NCBI GenBank assembly: GCA_963800095.1
Contig: CAWCZV010000015.1
Span: forward strand, 35,661-99,660
Length of the DNA stretch: 64,000 nt
Source of the DNA: an uncultured Acidobacteriota bacterium
GTDB taxonomy: Bacteria > Acidobacteriota > Terriglobia > Acidiferrales > UBA7541
Direction of reading: 5' to 3'
This document shows, one piece after another, positions 8,209 through 17,893 of the stretch (within the stretch, counting starts at the first letter, position 1; each line of letters opens with the position of its first letter). The position numbers and the translations under genes were made by a program. Under the pieces are notes generated by a model. That model saw nothing but the letters and a program-made list of their open reading frames with translations. It made no database searches and had not been told where the DNA came from.

Positions 8209-9615
8209 GTGAAACCTATTGACGGCCCGGTGGGCGCCGAAACGCGCGAAGACGAGCGAACCATCCAGAGCGCCACCGATGCTGCAAGCCTGCTCACACG
8301 AATGGAGCAGGTGCCGTTCTCGAGATGGCACGCGAATGCTCGCATCGTAATGGGCAGCGCGACATTTTTCGATGCGTTCAATGCGCTATCACTTGCGTTT
8401 GCTTTGCCCACTCTCGTTCGGTTGTGGCACATCTCTCCGAAACAAATCGGCTTCTTGATCTCGGCTAGCTACGTCGGGCAACTGGCCGGCGCATTGGTGT
8501 TCAGCGCGCTTGCGGAAAAAGTGGGGCGCATTCGCGGCACGACCGCCGCGATCGCCATCATGTCCGTCATGAGCTTCGGATGCGCGGTGGCGGGGAATTT
8601 CGCCGCACTGTTTGCATGCCGGTTCGTACAAGGCATCGGCGTTGGCGGCGAAATGCCAGTGGCCGCCACCTACATCAATGAGTTATCGCGGGCGCACGGA
8701 CGAGGAAGGTTTTTCCTGCTGTACGAAATGATTTTTCCTGTGGGGCTCATGGCCACGGGACAGATAGGCGCATGGCTCGTGCCGGCCTATGGATGGAGTT
8801 CCATTTTTCTCCTGGGAGGAATTCCAGGGTTGCTGATCACGTTCTTGGTGGCGCGCCTTCCGGAATCGCCGAGGTGGTTGATCTCCAAGGGCCGAATCCG
8901 CGAAGCGGAAGCGATTGTGGAGAAAATCGAAGCAAGCACCGATCGCAGAGTTCCGGTCGCGGCGACTTTCCCCGCCGCTTCGACGGCAAGTCTGATGCAA
9001 CGCGGCAGTTGGAGCGAACTTCTCTCGAAACTCTATCGGGGACGCACGCTGATCGTTTGGGCGCTCTGGGCGAGCGCGTTTTTTGTCGCCAACGGGCTGA
9101 ACAATTGGATGCCGAGTCTCTACAACACCGTTTATCACCTGAGTTTGCAGCAATCGCTGCGCGCCGCTTCGATGACCAATGTCGCTCAGGTCGCGGTCCT
9201 GCTCGTCTGCGCGTTCAGCATCGATCGCATTGGCCGCAGGAACTGGACGGTCGTGGCTTTCATTCTAGGCGGGGGCATGCTCGCGTTGTTGGGATTGATT
9301 GGGGCGCAAAAAGTATTGGGCGTGATGATTTTGGCCACGCTAGGTTACGGGCTCATTGGCTCCGTAAATGCCGTTCTGTATTTATACACGCCGGAAATTT
9401 ATCCCACCCGCATGCGCGCGATTGGGACCGGCCTGGCCACATCCTGGCTGAGAATCGCCTCAGCGGTGGGACCAGCGCTCGTCGGTTTCATGGTGGATGC
9501 GAAAGGCATCCATTCCGTTTTCCTGATGTTCGCCGGTATAAGCGTCGTCGGCGCGCTGGCCGCAACCTGCATGGTGGAAACAAGCGACCGCCGCCTCGAG
9601 GAAATCGCTCCTTGA
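8209..9615 (+). CDS. MFS transporter (metabolite/aromatic acid porter-like)
   Basis: 468 aa with about 12 hydrophobic segments. It has a LAEKVGRIRG-type loop 2-3 motif and PESPRWL. Confidence 0.75.
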   Translation: MKPIDGPVGAETREDERTIQSATDAASLLTRMEQVPFSRWHANARIVMGSATFFDAFNALSLAFALPTLVRLWHISPKQIGFLISASYVGQLAGALVFSALAEKVGRIRGTTAAIAIMSVMSFGCAVAGNFAALFACRFVQGIGVGGEMPVAATYINELSRAHGRGRFFLLYEMIFPVGLMATGQIGAWLVPAYGWSSIFLLGGIPGLLITFLVARLPESPRWLISKGRIREAEAIVEKIEASTDRRVPVAATFPAASTASLMQRGSWSELLSKLYRGRTLIVWALWASAFFVANGLNNWMPSLYNTVYHLSLQQSLRAASMTNVAQVAVLLVCAFSIDRIGRRNWTVVAFILGGGMLALLGLIGAQKVLGVMILATLGYGLIGSVNAVLYLYTPEIYPTRMRAIGTGLATSWLRIASAVGPALVGFMVDAKGIHSVFLMFAGISVVGALAATCMVETSDRRLEEIAP

Positions 9616-9621
9616 TTTCCA

Positions 9622-9693
9622 GTGGCACAGGCTTCAACCTGTGGGTTTTGGTCCTTGCAAGGACGAACCCCGACAGGCTGAAGCCTGCGCCAC
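9622..9693. repeat. Compound palindrome of the GGCTTCA(A/G)CC hairpin type
   Basis: GTGGCACAGGCTTCAACCTGTGGG and its inverted relative CCCGACAGGCTGAAGCCTGCGCCAC flank the central palindrome GTCCTTGCAAGGAC. The element sits between convergent genes. Confidence 0.8.
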
Positions 9694-9774
9694 GAAAACT
9701 TGCCTCCCATCATGAATGAATGGAATTACACATCGCGGATCGGATTCATCTTCAAAATTTCGGATTAGGCGCCT

Positions 9775-10653
9775 TCATTTTTGTCCGGCATCGAAACGAG
9801 ACGTTTCAGTCATGACCGACCAGTCCATCTGACCCATGCCGCGGGCTTGCGCGGCCAGGCATTTGTCGCGGACCACGCTCGCGTAAGAAAGCGGGGCGTG
9901 AACTTCGGCGGCCGCCTGAAGAATCAGCGTGATGTCCTTCGTGCCGCCGTCCAAGGTGAAGCCGGCACGTCCGAAATCGCGCGTGCAGATTCGATCGACA
10001 TACTCCGCCGTGGCGGGCATATATTGCTTGAACATGTTCGTGAGGATAGAAGGATCAACGCCGCGGCATTCCGCAAACACGTACGCCTCTCCAATCAGCT
10101 CGATCAAGCTCGCGACCATAAAGTTCCCGACGAGCTTCATGCTCATCGCAATCGCTGGATCTTCGCCCATGGGGATGATTCGGTTGGCATAGGCGTCCAT
10201 CACCGGGCGGCAGCGTTCGAGCCACTCCGGTTTTCCCGCCACAAATGTGAAAAGTTTTCCCGCCGCCGCGGCGTCCGGCCGTCCCGCTACCGGCCCGGCA
10301 ACGTAGTGGCTGCCTTGCGAAGCGTGCAATTCCCAAAGCCGCGTGCTGAGCGATGGAGAAATCGTCGTCGTGCCAATGTGGATGGCATCCGGCCGCATGC
10401 CGGCGAGAATGCCGTTGTCGCCCGAAACGGCGCCAAGAACGGAAGCGTCGTCCATCAGATTTGTGACCACAATGTCAGCGGCCGCGGCGGCTTCGCGCGG
10501 CGTCCTCGCTGCAGCAGCGCCAGCTTCGACGAGAGGCTTCATCTTCTCCGTAGTCCGGTTGTAGACCGTGAGCCCAAAGCCGGCGTTTTGGATATTTCGT
10601 GCAATGCCAGAGCCCATCCGACCGAGACCGACGCAGGCAACCGATAGATTCAT
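9775..10653 (-). CDS. NAD(P)-dependent 3-hydroxyisobutyrate/6-phosphogluconate dehydrogenase-family oxidoreductase
   Basis: The N-terminal VACVGLGRMGSGIARN is a Rossmann motif. The 292-aa length is typical. Confidence 0.75.
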   Translation of the reverse strand: MNLSVACVGLGRMGSGIARNIQNAGFGLTVYNRTTEKMKPLVEAGAAAARTPREAAAAADIVVTNLMDDASVLGAVSGDNGILAGMRPDAIHIGTTTISPSLSTRLWELHASQGSHYVAGPVAGRPDAAAAGKLFTFVAGKPEWLERCRPVMDAYANRIIPMGEDPAIAMSMKLVGNFMVASLIELIGEAYVFAECRGVDPSILTNMFKQYMPATAEYVDRICTRDFGRAGFTLDGGTKDITLILQAAAEVHAPLSYASVVRDKCLAAQARGMGQMDWSVMTETSRFDAGQK

Positions 10654-10808
10654 GGAGTTTCTCCGGCGTTGAATTTTGCCACCCAGGTACGCGCCCCGAA
10701 CGGAGGAAAAGAATACGGATCGCAGTGAGACGCGCCTATTTATATCACGGCCCCAGTCCAGCTTGACGCGTGATATACTCCGCTCATAGTGTTAAAGGGA
10801 GGTTCTCC

Positions 10809-11207
10809 TTGAGACACAAGTTTTCCACAATCTTGATCGCCATCCTCCTGTTGCTCGTAACGGCGCCGGCGTGGGCGCACCACTCGCCTTCCGCCGTCTT
10901 CGACATGTCGAAGGAATTCACGCTGACCGGCACTCTGACGAAAGTCGATTGGATCAATCCCCACATCGTCGTTTATCTGGACGCAAAGAAAGACGACGGC
11001 AGCGTGGAGAATTGGAAGTTCGAGAGCAACCCGCCATCCTGGTTCAGGCGCGTCTCCCTCGGCAGAGACGATTTTGCGAAAGCCATCGGGCAAACCGTCA
11101 CGGTACAAGGGGTGCGCGCCAAGGCTGGAGGGCTTTACGGCTATCTTTTGAAGATCACTTTCCCGGATGGGAACTCTCTGGAACTGGTGTTTAAACCGAC
11201 GCAATAG
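10809..11207 (+). CDS. Small secreted DUF6152-like protein, module copy 2
   Basis: SD AAAGGGAGG precedes TTG 10809. The product reads MRHKFSTILIAILLLLVTAPAWA|HHSPSAVFD...VDWINPHIVVYLD. Confidence 0.65.
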   Translation: MRHKFSTILIAILLLLVTAPAWAHHSPSAVFDMSKEFTLTGTLTKVDWINPHIVVYLDAKKDDGSVENWKFESNPPSWFRRVSLGRDDFAKAIGQTVTVQGVRAKAGGLYGYLLKITFPDGNSLELVFKPTQ

Positions 11208-11231
11208 TCAGTGACAAGGAGTATCCACGCC

Positions 11232-12050
11232 ATGACACACCGACTGATTCTCGTATTCTCGGCGGCGTTGCTTCTAGCCGGCCTCGCGACTGCCGACAAT
11301 AAGGACGCCGCAACGGCCAGCAAGGCGCCACGCGCCGCCGACGGGCATCCTGACCTGAACGGGATCTGGGCCTACGCGATCGATCTGCCTCCTGTAGCTC
11401 TGAAGAAAGTGATCAACGGAAAAGTTTCCAACACGGAGATTGACCAGAGCGCGGCAAAACCAGCAAAAAGACCCGTTCCGGGTGCGCTGGCTTCAACTCC
11501 CGCTCCAACCTACAAACCTGAGTTCCGGGAAAAAGTGAAAGATCTCTTTGACAATGAGAGCAAGACGGACGAAGTGTTCTATTGCGGAAAGCCCGGCGTT
11601 CCGCGCATCGGTCCGCCGCGCAGGATCATTCAACTCCCGACCGAGATGGTTTTCCTCTACGAAGACGTGTCGGGAGATCCTTACCGCATCATTCCTACCG
11701 ATGGCCGCGCGCACCGCAAGAACGCGAATCCCTCTTACTACGGAGATTCCGTTGCGCATTGGGAGGGAGATACGCTGGTGGTGGACGTTACCGATTTCGT
11801 GGAGAATGGCTGGTTCGGTGAAGGCGGGTACTTCCACACCGATGCGATGCACGTCACCGAACGTTTGTGGCGCGACGGCGAAAACCTCATCTGGCAAGCC
11901 TCGGTGGACGATCCGAAGGTGCTCGCGGCGCCCTGGACCATGCCTCCTCGCGTGATTACGCCGTCCGAAGATCCTCTGGAGGAATCACCTCCGTGCGTCG
12001 AGGACGATGGTCACCGGCTTCTGAACTCCGACCATCACCAACAACGCTAG
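11232..12050 (+). CDS. Secreted partner protein, module copy 2
   Basis: SD AAGGAG lies 10 nt before ATG 11232 and the product has a signal peptide. Shared blocks: DGHPDLNGIW, FLYEDVSGDPYRIIPTDGR, YYGDSVAHWEGDTLVVDV, HTDAMHVTERL, DDPKVLAAPWT. Confidence 0.65.
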   Translation: MTHRLILVFSAALLLAGLATADNKDAATASKAPRAADGHPDLNGIWAYAIDLPPVALKKVINGKVSNTEIDQSAAKPAKRPVPGALASTPAPTYKPEFREKVKDLFDNESKTDEVFYCGKPGVPRIGPPRRIIQLPTEMVFLYEDVSGDPYRIIPTDGRAHRKNANPSYYGDSVAHWEGDTLVVDVTDFVENGWFGEGGYFHTDAMHVTERLWRDGENLIWQASVDDPKVLAAPWTMPPRVITPSEDPLEESPPCVEDDGHRLLNSDHHQQR

Positions 12051-12210
12051 ATTCATATTTCTGTTCGCGCCAACTTCAACCCGATTTTTTGGGCGGCTGT
12101 GCCATTGCAGTCCAGGCCGGTCTGGGACAAGCTGCCGTTGACCCGCGTCCATGCCGGGCGTATGTTTTTGTGGGGAGATGAAAATGGATTCGGAACTCGC
12201 CGTTTAGACA

Positions 12211-13380
12211 ATGAGAGACCTTCTAAAGCGCTACGCTAAATTGGCCGTAGGAAAACCGTTCTCGCCGGGCTTGCTAAACATTCTCGTGACTTCGGTTTGC
12301 GACATGCGCTGCACGCACTGCTTTTTCACCGAACAGCTCGATGACGGCCCGCGCAAAAAGCTGCAAATGACCAGGCGCGAAATTGAAAGAATCTCTGAAA
12401 CCCTTGGCGGAAATCTTGGCGTCTTGGTTCTCGCCGGCGGCGAGCCGTTCACGCGGAAGGACCTGCCGGAAATCGCTCGCGCCTTTCATAAAAACAACAA
12501 GCTCGAATCGGTCTACATCACCTCCAACGGCCAAATTCAGAAAAGAATCCTTCCCGATGTCGCGCGAATTCTGCAGGAGTGTCCGCGACTAAATGTCACC
12601 GTGGCTCTCGGCATCGACGGGCTGAAAGAGCAGCATGACAAGATTCGCCAGAAACTCGGCTCATGGGACATCGTCATTGACACCGCGCGCCGGCTCCAAG
12701 CCATGAAGAGGGAATATCCCCGCCTCGATGTGCAAACCTGCACTTGTTTCATGAACTCGAACCAGGACACGATTTTTGAATGGTACGATTTTGTGAAATA
12801 CGAGTTGAAGCCGGACAAAGTAAATTTCAACTACATCCGTCCTCCCGCGGCCGATTCCAAAGAACTCGAAATTGACGGCGCGCGATATGCCAGGCTCGCC
12901 GCCACGATCGATGAAGACTCGCGAAGCGGCGCGATCAAGAATCACTACGCAGGCGACACCGGCTTCTTCAAAGCCGCGCTGGATATTTATATGCACGGTC
13001 TGATCGCCAAGACCCAGGAAACGCAGAAGGCCCAGCTGACGTGTTACGCGGGAACAGCCGGCGGCGTGATCTACGACGAGGGAACGGTCTCGTCCTGCGA
13101 AAACCTGGAACCGGTCAGCAATTTGCGGGACTACGATTGGAATTTCCAGAAGCTCTGGCTCTCTCCCGCCATGCAGTCGCGCCGCAAAAAGGCCGCGGAT
13201 GGATGCTTCTGCACTCACGAATCAAATTGTTATTATCCGTCGCTGCCGTACAACCCAAAACATCTGATCCAGATTAAAATGCTGGAAAGAGAAATGAAGC
13301 ATGCATGGAATGGGTTGGACCACGCAAACCTAAGTCCGGATGACGCGCAGAAAAATCGATCTCCGTTAAACATTTCCTGA
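12211..13380 (+). CDS. Radical SAM enzyme with a Cys-rich C-terminal auxiliary-cluster (SPASM/twitch-like) region
   Basis: CDMRCTHC is a CX3CX2C motif near the N-terminus, and GGEPF is a SAM-binding block. The C-terminal cysteines are C-x17-C ... CFCTHESNC. The substrate is unknown. Confidence 0.75.
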   Translation: MRDLLKRYAKLAVGKPFSPGLLNILVTSVCDMRCTHCFFTEQLDDGPRKKLQMTRREIERISETLGGNLGVLVLAGGEPFTRKDLPEIARAFHKNNKLESVYITSNGQIQKRILPDVARILQECPRLNVTVALGIDGLKEQHDKIRQKLGSWDIVIDTARRLQAMKREYPRLDVQTCTCFMNSNQDTIFEWYDFVKYELKPDKVNFNYIRPPAADSKELEIDGARYARLAATIDEDSRSGAIKNHYAGDTGFFKAALDIYMHGLIAKTQETQKAQLTCYAGTAGGVIYDEGTVSSCENLEPVSNLRDYDWNFQKLWLSPAMQSRRKKAADGCFCTHESNCYYPSLPYNPKHLIQIKMLEREMKHAWNGLDHANLSPDDAQKNRSPLNIS

Positions 13381-13412
13381 CGTTCTGCAAACCCAAGCCA
13401 CGGACGTTTTTC

Positions 13413-13489
13413 GTGGCGCCGGCGGGACGCCGGCGGTTTTGCAACGTGTCGAAAACGGAAAAACCGCTGGCGGGACGCCGGCGCCACAA
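13413..13489. repeat. GC-rich compound palindrome (GTGGCGCCGGCG family), copy 2
   Basis: GTGGCGCCGGCGGGACGCCGGCGGTTTTGCAA...CCGCTGGCGGGACGCCGGCGCCACAA. It shares the arm sequence and the TTTTGCAA spacer start with 5977..6056. Confidence 0.85.
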
Positions 13490-13628
13490 CGCTTCGTCTC
13501 CATCTGATCACTCGGCTGAAATATAGTAAATTTCGGGCAAGGCTTCCAAGCTAGGAGCATGACAAATCCTGTAAACTCCTCTTGCATGTCGCCAATCAAT
13601 TCGTAGAACGAAGGGAAGTACGAATCGC

Positions 13629-15248
13629 GTGATCGAGACCCAAGTCCTCATCGTCGGCGCGGGACCCGTGGGCCTCACTCTCGCTCTTGATTTGGGCCGC
13701 CGGGGCGTGCGCTGCACGCTGATCGAGCGCAGCAAAACCTCGATCCAGCTTCCGAAGATGGAGCGCTGCAACGCCCGAACCATGGAGATCTACCGCCGGC
13801 TGGGCATCGGCGAACAGGTGCGCGATGCCGGCCTGCCGCGCAACGCGCCGATGGACGTCTTTCTGGCGCTTTCCATGGCGAGTCCTCCGCTCGTCCATTT
13901 GCCGTGCCCATCGGTGGCAGAGGCCAAAGCCGAAATCGCGGCGCACAATGACGGCGGCCTCCTCGAGCCATACCAATTAATCTCGCAATACACTCTTGAG
14001 CCGCTCCTGCGATCGATCGTCGAGAAGCTCCCCAATGTCACCGTTCGCTTCGGCTGCGAATTAATTTCATTCACGCAAGACGCCAACTCAGTGACCGCGA
14101 TCGTGCAACCGAATGACGCCGCGCAGGAAACGATGCGCGCATCGTATCTGGTCGGATGTGACGGCGGCTCCAGCACGGTTCGGAAACAGCTCGGCATTCC
14201 ATTGCAGGGCGAAGGAAATATCCGCAAGCTACGTCAGGCGCTATTCCGCTGCGACGATCTCTACGAGCGCATCCCCATGGGCAAGGGACGCCACTACCAC
14301 ATCGCCGAGGGACCGCTATTCCCATTCATCATCCTGCAAGACAGCACGCGCCACTGGACCCTGCACGCGGCCGCCTCCAGCGACGCGGAAATGGCGGAGA
14401 TCTTCAAGAAGTCACTGGCCATGCCGATTGAGTTCGAGATGCTTTCCGTCAATGAATGGACGCAACATCTTCTGTGCGCGGAGCGTTACGGCGAAGGCCG
14501 CGTTTTCGTCGCCGGAGACGCGGCGCACTTGGTCATCCCGACGGGCGGCCTTGGCATGAACACCGGCGTGGGGGATGCCGTCGATCTTTCCTGGAAGCTA
14601 GCCGCGACGCTGGCGGGATGGGGCGGCCCGCAACTGCTCGCATCCTACGAAGGTGAGCGCAGGCCGATCGGCTTGCGCAATGTGAAGGCCTCCCGCGCCG
14701 CGATGACCGGACGACTCGGCTGGCGCGCCGCCTATCGCCCCAATATCAGAGACAACACGCCCGAGGGCCGGGCCACGCGGGCCGAGATGGCTGCGCTTTT
14801 CAACATTCATCAGCGAAAAATTACGGAGATTTTAGGATTCGAGGCGGGCTACCGTTACGTGGACTCACCGATTATTTGCCGGGAGAATGGCGATGGCCCC
14901 GACCCGGACAACCCCTTTTACATCCCGACGACGTGGCCCGGCGCGCGCCTCCCGCATGTGTGGCTGAGCGACGGCGCCGCGCTGCACGATCGCCTTGGCG
15001 CGGGGCATACGTTGCTCCGACTCGGTGGGACGCATGTTGATACTTCAAGCCTGGAACGATCCTTTCGGGAAATCTACGCGCCGCTCGATGTACTCGATGT
15101 TCACGGAGAGAGGCCGCGCGATATCTACCAATTCGATTTGCTTCTCGTGAGGCCTGATTTGCACGTGGTCTGGCGCGGCAATGAGCTTCCTCAAGATGCT
15201 GCAAAAATCGCGATGGTCGCCACAGGGCGCATTCCCTCCCGCCTCTGA
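13629..15248 (+). CDS. FAD-dependent monooxygenase (PheA/TfdB-like aromatic hydroxylase)
   Basis: VLIVGAGPVGLTLALDL is a GxGxxG motif and FVAGDAAHLVIPTGGLGMNTG is the FAD motif. 539 aa. Confidence 0.8.
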   Translation: MIETQVLIVGAGPVGLTLALDLGRRGVRCTLIERSKTSIQLPKMERCNARTMEIYRRLGIGEQVRDAGLPRNAPMDVFLALSMASPPLVHLPCPSVAEAKAEIAAHNDGGLLEPYQLISQYTLEPLLRSIVEKLPNVTVRFGCELISFTQDANSVTAIVQPNDAAQETMRASYLVGCDGGSSTVRKQLGIPLQGEGNIRKLRQALFRCDDLYERIPMGKGRHYHIAEGPLFPFIILQDSTRHWTLHAAASSDAEMAEIFKKSLAMPIEFEMLSVNEWTQHLLCAERYGEGRVFVAGDAAHLVIPTGGLGMNTGVGDAVDLSWKLAATLAGWGGPQLLASYEGERRPIGLRNVKASRAAMTGRLGWRAAYRPNIRDNTPEGRATRAEMAALFNIHQRKITEILGFEAGYRYVDSPIICRENGDGPDPDNPFYIPTTWPGARLPHVWLSDGAALHDRLGAGHTLLRLGGTHVDTSSLERSFREIYAPLDVLDVHGERPRDIYQFDLLLVRPDLHVVWRGNELPQDAAKIAMVATGRIPSRL

Positions 15249-15788
15249 GTCCTGAGCCGAGGTAGTTAACTAACCGAACGCCGGCCAACTTGGATCTGTA
15301 TGCCGGCAAAGACCCTAAGCCTAAGGCAACTAATTCATTGCAAATGACTTCGCTAGTACCGTACTGGGACCCCAGTACCTCGCATATTGGGCCATGCTAC
15401 CCATTGAGCTAGTCGATGTTCATTGCGAGTATTGATCGTAGGGTGCCGCAAGAAAATCTATCGTGCTTGGGAGGATGTGCCAAAACATGGAAGATACTCA
15501 GGTGAAGACAAGTTCTGAAAGTCGGCCCAAAGATACGTCCGTTCAAGCACCAAAATCGAAATCCAGATTCGACGATGCCGAATATGCACGTTGGTCGGAG
15601 AAACTCCGCGCCACCCGCTCCAAGATATAAGGAACGAGAATAGGAAGCCGCGATTCGGAGTACCCTCATTCCAGGAAGAGAACTTCTCGGGCGTTATCCG
15701 GCTTGCGCAGCGATGGCTGTAATTTCTCCATTTGAGCGCCGTCTGAGGACCGCCCGGCCAAAACTCCACGGTTGCACGGGACCGGGAT

Positions 15789-17744
15789 TCAATTTCGCGG
15801 TGTGAGGATCTGATCCAGACTCGCAGCCGCACTACCCTCGCGTTCCAAGTGGGGGTAGCGAAGCCCGTCGTGATAGTCGATCTTGACGGTGCGGTAGCGA
15901 TCGCCATTCTTAACGAGAAGCTCGATCGCGGCCTTAGTCTTGCTCGCATCTTTGATCGCGCTCTTAAGCTGGTCGGCGTCCAATGCAATCCCGTTGACCG
16001 CGATAATTTGCGTGCCGACCGTCAGCCCGATCTTGTAAGCAAGCCCCTCCCACAGCACGTCACTCAGCTTTCCCTCCGCGGCGATCGTCATCCCAAGCGA
16101 ATAGGTCAAGTCCGTGACCTTGCGGCGCACCTCGGCATCCTTGAAATAATTGGACGGTGTGTCCGTGTACACCAGCTTGTAACCGCCACGCGTTATGCCG
16201 TCCAAGGGCGCTCCAGGGCCGTGGCCATCCAACCGCGCGCGTAGGAATGCGGCCCAGTCATTGGGCTGCACGGTGTTCAGTGCCTTCACCACGTCCTCGA
16301 ACACATAGGTGGACGGAACGAAACTGCCGTCGTTCACGCCAAAAAAGGCCTTGGCGAAATCGTCCAGAGACCGCTGCCCGCCGGACTTCTCGCGGATTAA
16401 CGTGTCCGCGTCGAGCCACATTAATTGGCCTTCGGAGTAATAGTCTTCGCTGCGCTCCCAGCTTCTCCAGGGAAGGGGACGGCGCATGGCGGCGATGGGA
16501 TCGTTGGTGGTGTCCTGCATCGCTCGCCATTCGCGGCCCACGCGGTGATCGTAGACAGCTGCAGTTGCCGCGATGGCATCAAGGGTTTGTTGCTTGGTCA
16601 GAAGTCCCGCACGGGCCGACAGAACGAAACCCCAATATTGAGTTTGGCCTTCGTAGACCCACAGCAGGCTGTCGCGCATCGGCACGTTGAAGTTCGGCGT
16701 CCACAGGTCCGCCGGGCGCCGGAACTTGCCGTTCCACGAATGCGTGTATTCGTGCGGCAGCAGATCGCGGGCGTCGGCGTTTTTATCCCATTCGGTGAAG
16801 TAGGTCAGGACCGTGGCGTTCTCGCTCGATTGATGATGCTCCAGGCCGATGCCTCCCATGTGGTCGGTGAGAGCAAGGAGGAAATCATAATGATCGTAGT
16901 GATGCGATCCGTAAAGTTTGTAGGCCTGCTGGACCAGCGCGCGGTGTGCTTCCAACTGGTCAGGTTTCACCTCCAAGAGATCCGCCCGGTCAGCCACGAT
17001 GTTCAAATGAACGGGTGCGCGGCCACCTGGGTCCAGGTCCAGCCGCTTGAAATAACGACCAGCGAAGATCGGCGAATCCACAAGCGTGTCGAAGGACACT
17101 GGCTTAAACGTCGTGACGCCGCCGTTGCTTGCAGCGGTCTCCAGGGCGGTTGCGAACTCCCATCCTTCGGGCAAACGGACACTGGGCTCCACCATGATTT
17201 GGCGCGCAAAATAGCCGGCAGGGTAGAGGGCCACCGCATTCCATTGCAAATTCAACATGTCCGGCGTCATCACCACGCGCCCTTCATTGGTATCGGTCGG
17301 CGAAGTGAATTGGAAACTGACATCGAGCTTGATTGCGCCCGCGGGCACGTCAACATGGAACGCGAACACGTCCACCGGATCGCGCACCCATTGCACGCGA
17401 GCGCCGTTAGCTTGAATCATGAGCCCCGCAAGTTTGTCGACTCGTCCCGACGGTGCATGATTGCCGGGCGTCCACTGGGGATACAGGAGCACCATCGACT
17501 CGCCGGCACGCACGGGAATGGTTTCTTGAATTTTGAAGATGTGCCGTTCGATATCGGTCGCGTCCACACTTAAACGGATCGCACCAAGGTACGGAGTGTC
17601 CTTCGGCACCGCAATCTGCGCGGGCATAGGCAGGGGCTGAGGTCCCGTCGACTGCCCGAAACCGCCACCCGCGCTCAACACGAGTGCGCACCAAATGGGA
17701 AGGATACTGTAGATTGATTTACTTTTCGGCATGCCATGACCCAC
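15789..17744 (-). CDS. M61-family glycyl aminopeptidase with C-terminal PDZ-like domain
   Basis: 651 aa with a signal peptide and HEYTHSWNG (HExxH). The overall layout matches M61 as I remember it. Confidence 0.7.
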   Translation of the reverse strand: MGHGMPKSKSIYSILPIWCALVLSAGGGFGQSTGPQPLPMPAQIAVPKDTPYLGAIRLSVDATDIERHIFKIQETIPVRAGESMVLLYPQWTPGNHAPSGRVDKLAGLMIQANGARVQWVRDPVDVFAFHVDVPAGAIKLDVSFQFTSPTDTNEGRVVMTPDMLNLQWNAVALYPAGYFARQIMVEPSVRLPEGWEFATALETAASNGGVTTFKPVSFDTLVDSPIFAGRYFKRLDLDPGGRAPVHLNIVADRADLLEVKPDQLEAHRALVQQAYKLYGSHHYDHYDFLLALTDHMGGIGLEHHQSSENATVLTYFTEWDKNADARDLLPHEYTHSWNGKFRRPADLWTPNFNVPMRDSLLWVYEGQTQYWGFVLSARAGLLTKQQTLDAIAATAAVYDHRVGREWRAMQDTTNDPIAAMRRPLPWRSWERSEDYYSEGQLMWLDADTLIREKSGGQRSLDDFAKAFFGVNDGSFVPSTYVFEDVVKALNTVQPNDWAAFLRARLDGHGPGAPLDGITRGGYKLVYTDTPSNYFKDAEVRRKVTDLTYSLGMTIAAEGKLSDVLWEGLAYKIGLTVGTQIIAVNGIALDADQLKSAIKDASKTKAAIELLVKNGDRYRTVKIDYHDGLRYPHLEREGSAAASLDQILTPRN

Positions 17745-17893
17745 GCCAATTTGGACAGTGAATGCATTTTGTACGCAGGAACGAAAGTGATGTTACACCG
17801 GCACGCGATATCAGATACAAGAGTTTTGTTTCTTGACGACACGGGCGGCAAGTGTGCGTCTCGCTTTTACTGCTGCCAACCAGAAGCCATCTC

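Noticed and set aside
15487-15630. A 47-codon ORF (MEDTQVKTSSESRPKDTSVQAPKSKSRFDDAEYARWSEKLRATRSKI) with an upstream GGGAGGA, in the gap between the FAD monooxygenase and the M61 peptidase.
   Set aside because: The SD spacing is plausible, but the peptide is low complexity, has no recognisable family and I cannot assess its conservation. This is not enough to call a gene.
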